Source: a virus
DNA: 64,000 nt
IMG/VR virus record: IMGVR_UViG_3300020477_000014
Coordinates: 1-64,000 of that record
Reading direction: 5' to 3' (one strand)
Shown: one piece after another, positions 44,484 to 53,326 of the stretch
How positions within the stretch are numbered: position 1 is the stretch's first letter
Layout of the letters: each line of letters opens with the position of its first letter
Notes under the pieces: generated by a model
What the model saw: the letters and a program-made list of their open reading frames with translations, nothing else
Told to the model about the DNA's origin: nothing
Databases searched by the model: none
Position numbers and translations under genes: made by a program

Positions 44484-45215
44484 ATGAATATATTGATACC
44501 AATGGCTGGCGAAGGCAGTCGATTTAAAAAAGAAGGCTTTAAAAAACCAAAACCACTAATAGACGTTAACGGAAAACCTATGATTAAGTGGGTTGTGGAT
44601 AATGTCGGAATTGACGGAAAATATATTTTTATCGTACAAAAGGCACATACAATAAAGTACCCATATTTAGTTGATGAGCTTACAACTATGGCAAAGGACG
44701 TAGAGGTGTTGACGGTAGATGGATTAACAGAAGGCGCCGCATGTACAGCATTGATAGCCAAACACTTGATAGACAATGACGAGCCATTACTAATTTGCAA
44801 TTCAGATCAGTGGGTGGATTGGGTCCCAGAACATTTTTTAAAATTTATAAAGAGAAAAGATTGTGATGGGGCATTATTAACTTTTTTCTCTGATAGTCCA
44901 AAGCATTCTTATTCTCGATACAATTATAATACCAGAGTGGTAACAGAAGTTGCCGAAAAACAAGTTATAAGCAATTTTGCCACTGTGGGAATATATTATT
45001 GGAGAAAGGGTAGCGAATTCGTGGAATGTGTTAATAAAATGATAGACAAGAATCTAAGAGTTAATAATGAATTTTATTTATGCCCAGCCTATAATGAGTT
45101 GATTTTCCACAAAGACGGGAAGGTGGAATTGTATCCTATTTGTGAGATGAGGGGAATGGGTACTCCTATGGAATTAGAAAGGTTTTTACTCTTATTAGAG
45201 AAAGAAGGCGTTTAA
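44484..45215 (+). CDS. Sugar-1-phosphate nucleotidyltransferase-like protein
   Basis: LIPMAGEGSRF..EG..KPKPLIDV; TEGAACT, CNSDQ, EVAEK, NNEFY, GTPMEL. Confidence 0.85.
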   Translation: MNILIPMAGEGSRFKKEGFKKPKPLIDVNGKPMIKWVVDNVGIDGKYIFIVQKAHTIKYPYLVDELTTMAKDVEVLTVDGLTEGAACTALIAKHLIDNDEPLLICNSDQWVDWVPEHFLKFIKRKDCDGALLTFFSDSPKHSYSRYNYNTRVVTEVAEKQVISNFATVGIYYWRKGSEFVECVNKMIDKNLRVNNEFYLCPAYNELIFHKDGKVELYPICEMRGMGTPMELERFLLLLEKEGV

Positions 45216-46399
45216 TGAAGTTTTTTCGTCAAAGTGTAGAAAAAGAGAAATACATCATAGTGGAGTATTTTTTAAAAAGCAAGACCACATTGAGAGATGC
45301 TGCATGGTCTTTGGCAATAGGTCAAAGTGTAGGAAACCCCAATGTCAGAAATCATTGGGAAACCGATGAGCTTTTTGAGAACCATTCTTGTTTGATTATG
45401 GGTGATGAAGAGAAGTTAAAACAAATAAGCGAAGGTAAAGTTAAAATAGCCTTTCCAATAGCAAATACAGACTTTAAGACAGATGGAGTGTCTCATTTGC
45501 TTTGTCAATTTATGGGCGGACAAATGGATATAGATATTGTTCAAAAATGCCACATGTTGAATGTAGTACTACCTCAGCATGTTGAAGATAAATATTTTTT
45601 AGGACCAAAATACGGCATTGAAGGTATCAGAGATTTTACTAATAGTCACGATAAGCCTCTTTTTGGAGGGATTGTTAAGCCCAAGATTGGCGTTACAAGT
45701 AGCGTGTTGCTTGAAATGGTACGAGAGATGGTAGAGGGGGGCATCAATTTCATCAAAGAAGATGAGATCATGTCAAACCCTGCTTGTTGCCCAATAGAAG
45801 AAAGAGTACCTTTAATTATGGATTATCTCAAAGGCAAGGATGTGATTTATGCTGTTTGTATTAATTGTGATCCGCTGCATGTTATTGATAGAGTTAAAAG
45901 AGTTCATGAATTAGGAGCCAACGCTGTCCATATCAATTTTTGGAGCGGACTTGGAGTTTATAAATCAATTAGAGAATTGGATTTGCCAATGTTTATTCAC
46001 TTTCAAAAAAGTGGCGACAAAGTATTAACAAACAAGAATCATGATTATCATATTTCTTGGGACGTTGTGTGTGATCTGGCAGGTCTTATGGGTGTGGATT
46101 TTATACACGCTGGAATGTGGGGTGGCTACATGTCAGATAATGAACAGGAATTAAAGAACACTTTATCTGTTTTGCACAACAGGAGTGTAATGCCGGCTCT
46201 AAGTTGCGGAATGCATGCAGGTCTAATTCAAGCAATAAACAAAAGATTTGGAACAAATTATATGGCTAATGTCGGCGGCGCTATACATGGACACCCTAAC
46301 GGCTCTAAAAGTGGCACCATGGCGATAAGACAGAGTGTAGATGGCGAACATGGACAAGAATATGAAATTGCGATAAAAAAATGGGGGATCGTAAAGTGA
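45215..46399 (+). CDS. RuBisCO-like protein (form IV)
   Basis: GGIVKPKIG, NFIKEDE, DFIHAG, PALSCGMH, NVGGAIHGHP; lacks the HRA motif and the loop-6 Lys. Confidence 0.85.
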   Translation: MKFFRQSVEKEKYIIVEYFLKSKTTLRDAAWSLAIGQSVGNPNVRNHWETDELFENHSCLIMGDEEKLKQISEGKVKIAFPIANTDFKTDGVSHLLCQFMGGQMDIDIVQKCHMLNVVLPQHVEDKYFLGPKYGIEGIRDFTNSHDKPLFGGIVKPKIGVTSSVLLEMVREMVEGGINFIKEDEIMSNPACCPIEERVPLIMDYLKGKDVIYAVCINCDPLHVIDRVKRVHELGANAVHINFWSGLGVYKSIRELDLPMFIHFQKSGDKVLTNKNHDYHISWDVVCDLAGLMGVDFIHAGMWGGYMSDNEQELKNTLSVLHNRSVMPALSCGMHAGLIQAINKRFGTNYMANVGGAIHGHPNGSKSGTMAIRQSVDGEHGQEYEIAIKKWGIVK

Positions 46400-46423
46400 C
46401 TGACATTTTTTGGAGAACCATTA

Positions 46424-46867
46424 GTGAAAATGATTGCACATAGAGGAAATCTCAGAGGGCCGAACCCGGACCAAGAGAATAAACCAGAGTATATAGAGGC
46501 GGCATTGGCGGAACACTACGATGTGGAAGTGGACGTATGGCGATCTGAAAACAAGTGGTATCTAGGTCACGACGAACCACAATATGAGATAGATTCAGAA
46601 TTTCTCGTAAATGAGAGAATATGGTGTCATGCAAAGAATTTACATGCATTTCAAGATTTGTTGGTATTAGATGCGCATTGTTTTTGGCACCAAAAGGATG
46701 ATTATACCTTGACAAGTAGTAATTTTATTTGGGCGTATCCTGGCCAACCATTGTCGCCGATGTCCATTTGTGTAATGCCTGAATTAACAGCTTATACCAC
46801 AACAGATGTCTTAAGGTGTGCCGGGATCTGTTCCGATTGGATAGAGAAATTTGGGGAAATTTTATGA
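46424..46867 (+). CDS. Short GDPD/PLC-like phosphodiesterase-domain protein
   Basis: MIAHRG, ENKP, DVEVDVW, LGHD, HAKN, GICSD. Confidence 0.7.
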   Translation: MKMIAHRGNLRGPNPDQENKPEYIEAALAEHYDVEVDVWRSENKWYLGHDEPQYEIDSEFLVNERIWCHAKNLHAFQDLLVLDAHCFWHQKDDYTLTSSNFIWAYPGQPLSPMSICVMPELTAYTTTDVLRCAGICSDWIEKFGEIL

Positions 46868-47544
46868 TATTGGCTTGGCAGCAAATTCCTTCTCCAATGG
46901 TTTCAGAGATCTTGTGTTGTAATTCTGCTGGCATAGTGTTGGATTTGGAACATGGGTGTTTTAATAATGAGACTCTTTACACTTGTATTCAAATTATTAA
47001 ATCTAAAAATAAAAAATGCATAGTTAGGCTGACAGAAGTTTCCAAAACAATAATTCGCTATTGTTTGGATGCCGGCGCTGATGGATTAATTTTTTCTACA
47101 ATTGAAACAACAGAACAATGTGAAAAAATAATGGAATATAGCTACTATGCTCCCAAGGGCAAGCGAGGCTTGGGGTTGGTCCGCCAAAATCTATGGGGTG
47201 AGAAAAACCTTTTGTCACCAGATCCTATTATTATACCCCAAATCGAAACAAAGGATGCTGTGGATAATTTGGAAAACATCTTAAAATTTAATTTCGATTA
47301 TTATTTAATAGGCCCTTATGATCTGTCTTTAAGTTTAAAAATCCCGGGAAAATTTGACAATCCTCAATTTATATGTTATATTAATAAAGTGAATGAATTG
47401 ATAGAAAGGTCCAGGCTGGCAGTTCATATTCCCAATGACGTTCCTAATCAAATTAGCAAATATAGGGATTATGGAATAAAATGCCTGGGCATGGACACGA
47501 TAGGGCTATTAGAATATATGAAGGAGAACAACAAGCATGCTTAA
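46864..47544 (+). CDS. HpcH/HpaI class II aldolase family
   Basis: LDLEHG, LDAGADG, YAPKGKRGLG, PQIETKDAV, IGPYDLSLSL. Confidence 0.85.
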   Translation: MILAWQQIPSPMVSEILCCNSAGIVLDLEHGCFNNETLYTCIQIIKSKNKKCIVRLTEVSKTIIRYCLDAGADGLIFSTIETTEQCEKIMEYSYYAPKGKRGLGLVRQNLWGEKNLLSPDPIIIPQIETKDAVDNLENILKFNFDYYLIGPYDLSLSLKIPGKFDNPQFICYINKVNELIERSRLAVHIPNDVPNQISKYRDYGIKCLGMDTIGLLEYMKENNKHA

Positions 47545-48514
47545 TTTCGAAAATTTAGGAGAAAGATTTGTTCAAGTAGTTAACGGATCGGATTGGCTAG
47601 AATTACAAGAAAAATTTAACAAATGTGATGACATATACGTGTTGGGTCATGGAGGAAATTTAGCCGTGGCTGATCATGCTGCTGTAGATATTACTCGCTT
47701 ATCTAACGGACAAAAGAATGCTATTTGCCCCAGTAGTGGTGTTGTAGCCACCTCTTTTATCAATGACACCAATTTTGAGCAGTGGATGGTAAATTGGTTA
47801 TCTTGTCGTACCAATACGAGAACTGAAGCACAAATGAAGAAATCGTTAGTACTGGGAATATCGTCTTCTGGCGCCTCTATCGATGTTTTAAAAGCACTAC
47901 AGTGGGCGAATGACAACGGGATGGAAATAGGGATGATTAGCTCCAAGGATCTTACTTATGATATTTCTAATTTGACTAAAGTTATATTGGGCGCCGAATA
48001 TTACCACACCGCAGAGGTTCTAACACTTCTTTTAACCTACCAACTAACTCATGGATCAGGGAAAGAGTGCCCCCCTATAGGACAAAATACTCCTGATGCA
48101 TTGCGCGCACTAAACTGGAAAGGGGGTCACATCCGGGAACACAGCTATCCGGATGAAAAAATTAATTTAGGAATCGATTTTGATAAAGTGATTCATGGTT
48201 GTTCGCGAGGATATTATGATGGCACTATTTATGATCCCCCTATTCATGGAGCCGCCGAGGCACTTGAAAAATTATCTCAAAGTTATACTTTAATTATTTA
48301 TACCTGTAAAGCCAAGCCAGATCGTGGACTTGTGAATGGAAAAACAGGAACAGCTTTAGTTTGGGAATGGCTAGAAAAAAATAATCTTTCTCAATTTGTA
48401 AGTAAAGTTACAGCAGAAAAGCCACGAGCAGTGTGCTATATTGACGACAAGGCTGTACGATTTATCGATTGGGAATCTTGCATGAAAGAGTTGGAGGAAA
48501 TAGGCATTCTATGA
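47537..48514 (+). CDS. Fusion: SIS (GmhA-like) isomerase plus HAD phosphatase
   Basis: LGHGGNLAVADH, GISSSG; then GIDFDKVI, IIYTC, KP, YIDD. Confidence 0.75.
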   Translation: MLNFENLGERFVQVVNGSDWLELQEKFNKCDDIYVLGHGGNLAVADHAAVDITRLSNGQKNAICPSSGVVATSFINDTNFEQWMVNWLSCRTNTRTEAQMKKSLVLGISSSGASIDVLKALQWANDNGMEIGMISSKDLTYDISNLTKVILGAEYYHTAEVLTLLLTYQLTHGSGKECPPIGQNTPDALRALNWKGGHIREHSYPDEKINLGIDFDKVIHGCSRGYYDGTIYDPPIHGAAEALEKLSQSYTLIIYTCKAKPDRGLVNGKTGTALVWEWLEKNNLSQFVSKVTAEKPRAVCYIDDKAVRFIDWESCMKELEEIGIL

Positions 48515-49323
48515 TCTTGATAACAGGACATAAAGGCTATATCGGAAGTCATCTCTATAAGGCTTTAAAATCATTTGACATGGAAGTGTATGGGATTGAT
48601 TTAAAAGACGGTCACGATATCGCTTATTGTTTGCCTGATCGAGATTTCGATTATGTATTCCATCTAGCAGCACTACCACAAGTCGAATATTGCAACAAGC
48701 ACCCTAGTTATGCACTTAAGCAAAATGTGGGTGCAACTTCGATACTTCTCGAGTGGGCTTATGGACACAATGTCAAGAAGGTCATTTTTTCATCTTCAGC
48801 AGCAGTGTATGGCGATGGAGGTGGTCCTAAATCTCCTTATGGTTTACATAAGTTGATGGCAGAAATGGAGTGTAAACTATATTCAGATTTTTATAATATA
48901 GATACGGTTTGTTTGCGATATTTTAATGTATATTCAGAAGATCAACCGTACGGCGGCTCTTATTCTACGGTTATTGCAGCTTGGATGGAGATGATGAGGA
49001 ATGGTCATCCTTTGCGTTTGGATGGCACAGGCAAACAAACGAGAGACTTTGTTCATGTAGAAGATATAGTGGCTGCTAATATATTTTGCATGAAGAGTAA
49101 ATTAAAATTTAATGGAGAGTGTTATGATGTGGGCTCTGGTCAGTCGACTGCGCTTAACACTATAAAATATTATATCGATCATCGATATTCTAATGTGAGT
49201 TGGTTATGGACCCCTGAAAGAGAGGGAGACATCTTTAATTCGGTTGCTGACATATCTAAGTTGGCAGAAATAGGATGGACACCACAAATTGACATAAAGA
49301 CTGGCTTATCTAGATGTTTTTAG
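48511..49323 (+). CDS. NAD-dependent epimerase/dehydratase
   Basis: ITGHKGYIG, VFHLAA, SSSAAVYG, YGLHK, LRYFNVY, RDFVHV. Confidence 0.9.
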   Translation: MILITGHKGYIGSHLYKALKSFDMEVYGIDLKDGHDIAYCLPDRDFDYVFHLAALPQVEYCNKHPSYALKQNVGATSILLEWAYGHNVKKVIFSSSAAVYGDGGGPKSPYGLHKLMAEMECKLYSDFYNIDTVCLRYFNVYSEDQPYGGSYSTVIAAWMEMMRNGHPLRLDGTGKQTRDFVHVEDIVAANIFCMKSKLKFNGECYDVGSGQSTALNTIKYYIDHRYSNVSWLWTPEREGDIFNSVADISKLAEIGWTPQIDIKTGLSRCF

Positions 49324-49343
49324 TACTATAAAGGAGAAATATA

Positions 49344-49571
49344 ATGAACACAATCGATACAGATGAATTTAAGCTTTCTAATCAAGCGCTCGGCGCAATT
49401 ATGATGGCCCTTCAAGAGTCGCTCTTGAATGAGTTAGATATTGTTCCTATTTTGCAAGGCTTTGTTTTGAAAGAGGGTGATGACGGCTTAATTGTAATGA
49501 ACCCTCCTACGGTTCGCGTGAGCAACAATGACACCATAACTACGCAAGATTTAGAAAACATGGTAACCTGA
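49344..49571 (+). CDS. Hypothetical protein
   Basis: AAGGAG SD; 75 aa. Confidence 0.65.
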   Translation: MNTIDTDEFKLSNQALGAIMMALQESLLNELDIVPILQGFVLKEGDDGLIVMNPPTVRVSNNDTITTQDLENMVT

Positions 49572-49840
49572 TGCCTAGGTATCGCTATCGCTGCGAAATA
49601 TGCGCAAACGAGGTGATGGTTTTTCATTTAATGTCTGAAAGCTACAACAACTGTCAGGTGTGTGATGGTGTTAATAGTATGGAAAAGATGTTAACCACCC
49701 CACTAAAGAAAATAGAAGAACAGGATCTCACTAATGATAGAAACTTAGGAGATCTGACGCACCAATATATTAAGGAAAATAGAGAAATTTTAGAAGAAGA
49801 ACGAAAAAAAGCAAAAAGAGAAACATATGAGCCGTCTTGA
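49571..49840 (+). CDS. FmdB-family zinc-ribbon protein
   Basis: MPRYRYRCEIC...CQVC. Confidence 0.8.
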   Translation: MPRYRYRCEICANEVMVFHLMSESYNNCQVCDGVNSMEKMLTTPLKKIEEQDLTNDRNLGDLTHQYIKENREILEEERKKAKRETYEPS

Positions 49841-50186
49841 GATTATTTTATCGGCTATTGTATTTGTGTCTATGTTGTTTAACGTGGGTATCTTTATATA
49901 CGCACGGAATGTTGTGTCAAAATTGCTTTTTGTTGCAGATGAATTAGGTGATTTAAATGAAATGATTAGTTCTTTTGCTCAGCATTTAAAGGATGTTTAT
50001 GAATTAGATATGTTTTATGGCGATGAAACGTTGAGTAATCTGCTTAATCATGCCATATCATTTAATGAACAAATGTCTACTTTTGAAGAAATATACTCTT
50101 TAACTGAGGAAGAAAAAATTGACAACAAAGACCCCACCCCCCAAGAAGCCCAAAGCCAAGAGAATGACGAGGCGCCGGTCTCGTAA
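49827..50186 (+). CDS. Membrane-anchored hypothetical protein
   Basis: N-terminal TM helix; MFYGDETL. Confidence 0.6.
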   Translation: MSRLEIILSAIVFVSMLFNVGIFIYARNVVSKLLFVADELGDLNEMISSFAQHLKDVYELDMFYGDETLSNLLNHAISFNEQMSTFEEIYSLTEEEKIDNKDPTPQEAQSQENDEAPVS

Positions 50187-50853
50187 AAAAAATCATTATT
50201 TTACACAAGTTCATGAAGATGCCATTATACGATATGCGCGCATCACATGCTCTAAAGAGCGTACTGAGCTTTATATAAAATATATTGGTCCGGCGTTTAA
50301 TGAAATGGTAGACAAAATTGTTTTTACCTATAAATTTACTACGTTACCTAACATTGATCATTTGCGCGATGAGTGTAAAATATGGCTGATGACTATCTTG
50401 GATAAATATGATCCGAGTAAGGGCTCCAAGGCATTTTCCTATTTTAGTGTTATAACTAAAAATTGGTTTATACACAAGGTAAAGCGTCAACAAAAACGTA
50501 ATCTGCGGGAAGTTGATTATGAAAACATATCTAAAACTTACGAAGAAGAATATTTATCCACAACAGACTCTTATGTGAGTGATAGGATTGAACAAGAATT
50601 CTGGGAAAGTTTTTATAAAGAACTGAATTCTTGGGATGTAGAGAGCATGAAAGATAACGACGTTAAAGTTTACGAAGCTATTAAAGTACTTTTTGAGTCC
50701 AAGGAAGATATTGAAATTTTTAATAAAAAAGCTATTTATTTGTATCTAAGAGAAATCACTGGTTTAAACACCAAGCAAATAGTAAATTCTCTTAAGAAAT
50801 TTAGAAAAAAATATTCAATATTTAAAGAAGATTGGGAGAAAACAGGGCTATGA
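50119..50853 (+). CDS. Phage-encoded sigma factor (gp55/sigma70 region 2-like); start may be 50164
   Basis: NHYFT, LRDECKIWLMTILDKYDPSKGSKAFSYFSVITKNWF (region 2-like); C-terminal REITGLNTKQI helix-turn-helix. Confidence 0.65.
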   Translation: MTTKTPPPKKPKAKRMTRRRSRKKNHYFTQVHEDAIIRYARITCSKERTELYIKYIGPAFNEMVDKIVFTYKFTTLPNIDHLRDECKIWLMTILDKYDPSKGSKAFSYFSVITKNWFIHKVKRQQKRNLREVDYENISKTYEEEYLSTTDSYVSDRIEQEFWESFYKELNSWDVESMKDNDVKVYEAIKVLFESKEDIEIFNKKAIYLYLREITGLNTKQIVNSLKKFRKKYSIFKEDWEKTGL

Positions 50854-51152
50854 AGAAAAAAGATTTAGATACCTTAATGGATGAAGCCCTTCAAAATATT
50901 CGAGATGATCGTAAGATTGCCCGTGAATTTTTAAATGAAATCGCAAATCAAATAGCGCACGATCCTGACAAAAACAGATCACTCTCCCCAGTAGCTGCTA
51001 AACACGTAGAGACAATGCAACGCTCGAACGAGCAATTAGTTAAGTTAATATCTCTACGACAAAAAGATAAATCTAAGAATATAGAATTGAGCGACGAAGA
51101 TAAAAGCAACATTTTTGATATGATTCAACATGGAGCCTCTATTAATGGCTAA
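50850..51152 (+). CDS. Helical hypothetical protein
   Basis: 100-aa ORF, ATGA-coupled to the sigma gene; no diagnostic motif. Confidence 0.6.
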   Translation: MKKKDLDTLMDEALQNIRDDRKIAREFLNEIANQIAHDPDKNRSLSPVAAKHVETMQRSNEQLVKLISLRQKDKSKNIELSDEDKSNIFDMIQHGASING

Positions 51153-52326
51153 CAACCGCCCTAAGACATCAGCAGAACAGATTCTGGCGGTACCGCCTGA
51201 CGAATTAGGGTTTCAGGGTACCCGCACCGCATTTAATTATGATACTTTCGGTGTGGATTCTAATTTTTTCGTAAGAGTTTTGACAATCCCCCTTCCAATT
51301 AATAATTTTAGTATTAATTCATGGCGCGCCGGTACGGCTCAAGCGTCGACCGCTGGAAATTCATCGCAAGATCAATTGGGGCGAGAAAGACTGCGCACTC
51401 CTTCCTACCAATTCATGGGAAGAATAGTCGGATCTGATGATAGGCCGTCTCCCCATCAAATGATCCCCGATCCCAACAATAGTAGTCTTTTTAAGTGCGA
51501 CAAAGCTATCGCTCAAGCTATTATGCAACACACTCTTTTTGTTTCTCAAAATGGACACCAGGGGAAGATTCCCAAGGTGGGAGATATTTGCAAGGTAAAG
51601 CTGTTGCCTGGAGATTTTAAATTTAATCTTCAAAATGCTTTTTTTGATGAGTTGACTGTGGTCAATGATGGCACCAACACGTACAACACATACGCTAGAA
51701 CTAATTCCAAGTCTGTGTTTAATAATCATCAAAAAAAGGCTCAACAATTAGGCGCGCCACAAACCGCCACTTATCATGGCGAAATGAATGAACATGGAGT
51801 ATCCCAAGATCTAGAAATAATAAACGGCAAACTTCCTCAGAGTATTTTACGTACTGTTGGTCATCGTCCATCGGCAGATCCCAAAGATCAGATTTATTCT
51901 AAACCCGCGACAATATTGGTGGACATGATGGGGGATTATAAGAAGCTTACGGATGCATTCTATAATGATTCCGCAGAAATCTACGGTCAGCCAACTCTAT
52001 TTCCTGTAAAACGAGTTTATCGGTCTTATGAGAGACAAGTTCAGGTGAAAGCACTGGAATTGTCTGGCGAAGGAGCCCATGCGGCTACTCCGGGAACGTC
52101 TATTCATGGTTGGGGATTTGCTATCGATATGCATACAACAGACGGAGATGGAGTAAGTAGTTTCCGCGGAAAGGTATACCTTTGGATGGATAAAAATGCT
52201 GGAAGGTATAATTTTGTTAACCCATCTTGGGCGCGCGAGGGCAAAAAGAAAGCAGAAGCATGGCACTGGGAATGGACTAAAGGCTGCGAAATACTAAAAT
52301 CTGATCAGATTAAGTGCGAAAAATAA
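51145..52326 (+). CDS. Protein with C-terminal M15 (VanY-like) peptidoglycan peptidase
   Basis: YRSYERQ, SIHGWGFAID (SxH..D), EAWHWE (ExxH). Confidence 0.8.
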   Translation: MANNRPKTSAEQILAVPPDELGFQGTRTAFNYDTFGVDSNFFVRVLTIPLPINNFSINSWRAGTAQASTAGNSSQDQLGRERLRTPSYQFMGRIVGSDDRPSPHQMIPDPNNSSLFKCDKAIAQAIMQHTLFVSQNGHQGKIPKVGDICKVKLLPGDFKFNLQNAFFDELTVVNDGTNTYNTYARTNSKSVFNNHQKKAQQLGAPQTATYHGEMNEHGVSQDLEIINGKLPQSILRTVGHRPSADPKDQIYSKPATILVDMMGDYKKLTDAFYNDSAEIYGQPTLFPVKRVYRSYERQVQVKALELSGEGAHAATPGTSIHGWGFAIDMHTTDGDGVSSFRGKVYLWMDKNAGRYNFVNPSWAREGKKKAEAWHWEWTKGCEILKSDQIKCEK

Positions 52327-52345
52327 GAATAGAGGATGAAATTAA

Positions 52346-53296
52346 ATGAGTGGTCCTAAAAAACCAATTTATACTACTGAAGCTTTCGGGGAATCAACCC
52401 GCGACGAGATCCCCCCCACACTTGGCGAGAGACTTAAGACGAGCGAGCCTGTAGATGGCGTAGGCGACAATGATGGTATAATGAATACCAATGTTTGTGA
52501 GCCTATTTATAATTACATACCGGCTCAAAACGATGCCTTGGTAGGAAAGCACGATGGAAGTTGCCAGATTGTTTTCGGTAGGGATAGACCGGCTTCGTTG
52601 GCGTCTGGTTATGGAGGAAAAGGCGCCCAAGGCGCTGGCGCCATCGATATTGTTGTCGGAAGAGCGTCATCTCAAGCTTTGCCTGACGGAAGTCAAGTAC
52701 ACCCTAATTTTGCTGCGGATGCCGGCAGAATCTATATTAGCCAGATGACAGATATAGATACAAATTTTGGTATTATCGAAGGCAAAGGGGGCAGCGTCAT
52801 CGGAAAATCTGGGATTGGCATTAAAGCAGACACAGTTCGTGTTATTGGTCGTCGTGGTGTAAAGATTGTGAGCGGCAAGACTTCTGCCTTTAAAGGCGTA
52901 GGCATGGAGGGCGAAAAGGATGCATTTAGTTCAAATATATCCCAACCAGCACCTCCCATTGAGTTGATTGCTGGAAATAATGAAAAAAATCTACAAGGTG
53001 TTGCAATGGGAAAGAATACCAGAGATACTTTGATGGAACTTGCGATGATTGTGAGCGATCTGACATCTGCGGTCCAAAATATTGCACTATTGCAAACAAC
53101 TTATAATTCTATCAATGCTCTGGATCCTGGTCGACCTTGGATGGTGGCAGTTGGGTGTTATACCGCACAAGCTTACGTTGAGTATATTCTTTCATCAGTA
53201 TGGCAAATAAGAGCCAATCAATGGGTGTGGGAAAGAACCTATATGGATCCATATTCGCCTCACGGACCTGAAAGCCGGAATGTCTTCACAACATAA
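52346..53296 (+). CDS. Putative baseplate hub/spike (gp5-like) protein
   Basis: IVFGRDR, IDIVVGR, RIYISQ, IGIKADTVRVIGR beta-rich motifs; position before wedge genes. Confidence 0.5.
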   Translation: MSGPKKPIYTTEAFGESTRDEIPPTLGERLKTSEPVDGVGDNDGIMNTNVCEPIYNYIPAQNDALVGKHDGSCQIVFGRDRPASLASGYGGKGAQGAGAIDIVVGRASSQALPDGSQVHPNFAADAGRIYISQMTDIDTNFGIIEGKGGSVIGKSGIGIKADTVRVIGRRGVKIVSGKTSAFKGVGMEGEKDAFSSNISQPAPPIELIAGNNEKNLQGVAMGKNTRDTLMELAMIVSDLTSAVQNIALLQTTYNSINALDPGRPWMVAVGCYTAQAYVEYILSSVWQIRANQWVWERTYMDPYSPHGPESRNVFTT

Positions 53297-53326
53297 GATG
53301 AAGAATGAAGAGAAAGAGGAATAATC

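Noticed and set aside
45215-46399. CO2-fixing RuBisCO (rbcL)
   Set aside because: HRA motif and loop-6 Lys are absent, and no small subunit or phosphoribulokinase is present
50850-51152. Terminase small subunit
   Set aside because: Size and helicity fit, but there is no diagnostic motif and no large terminase in the window
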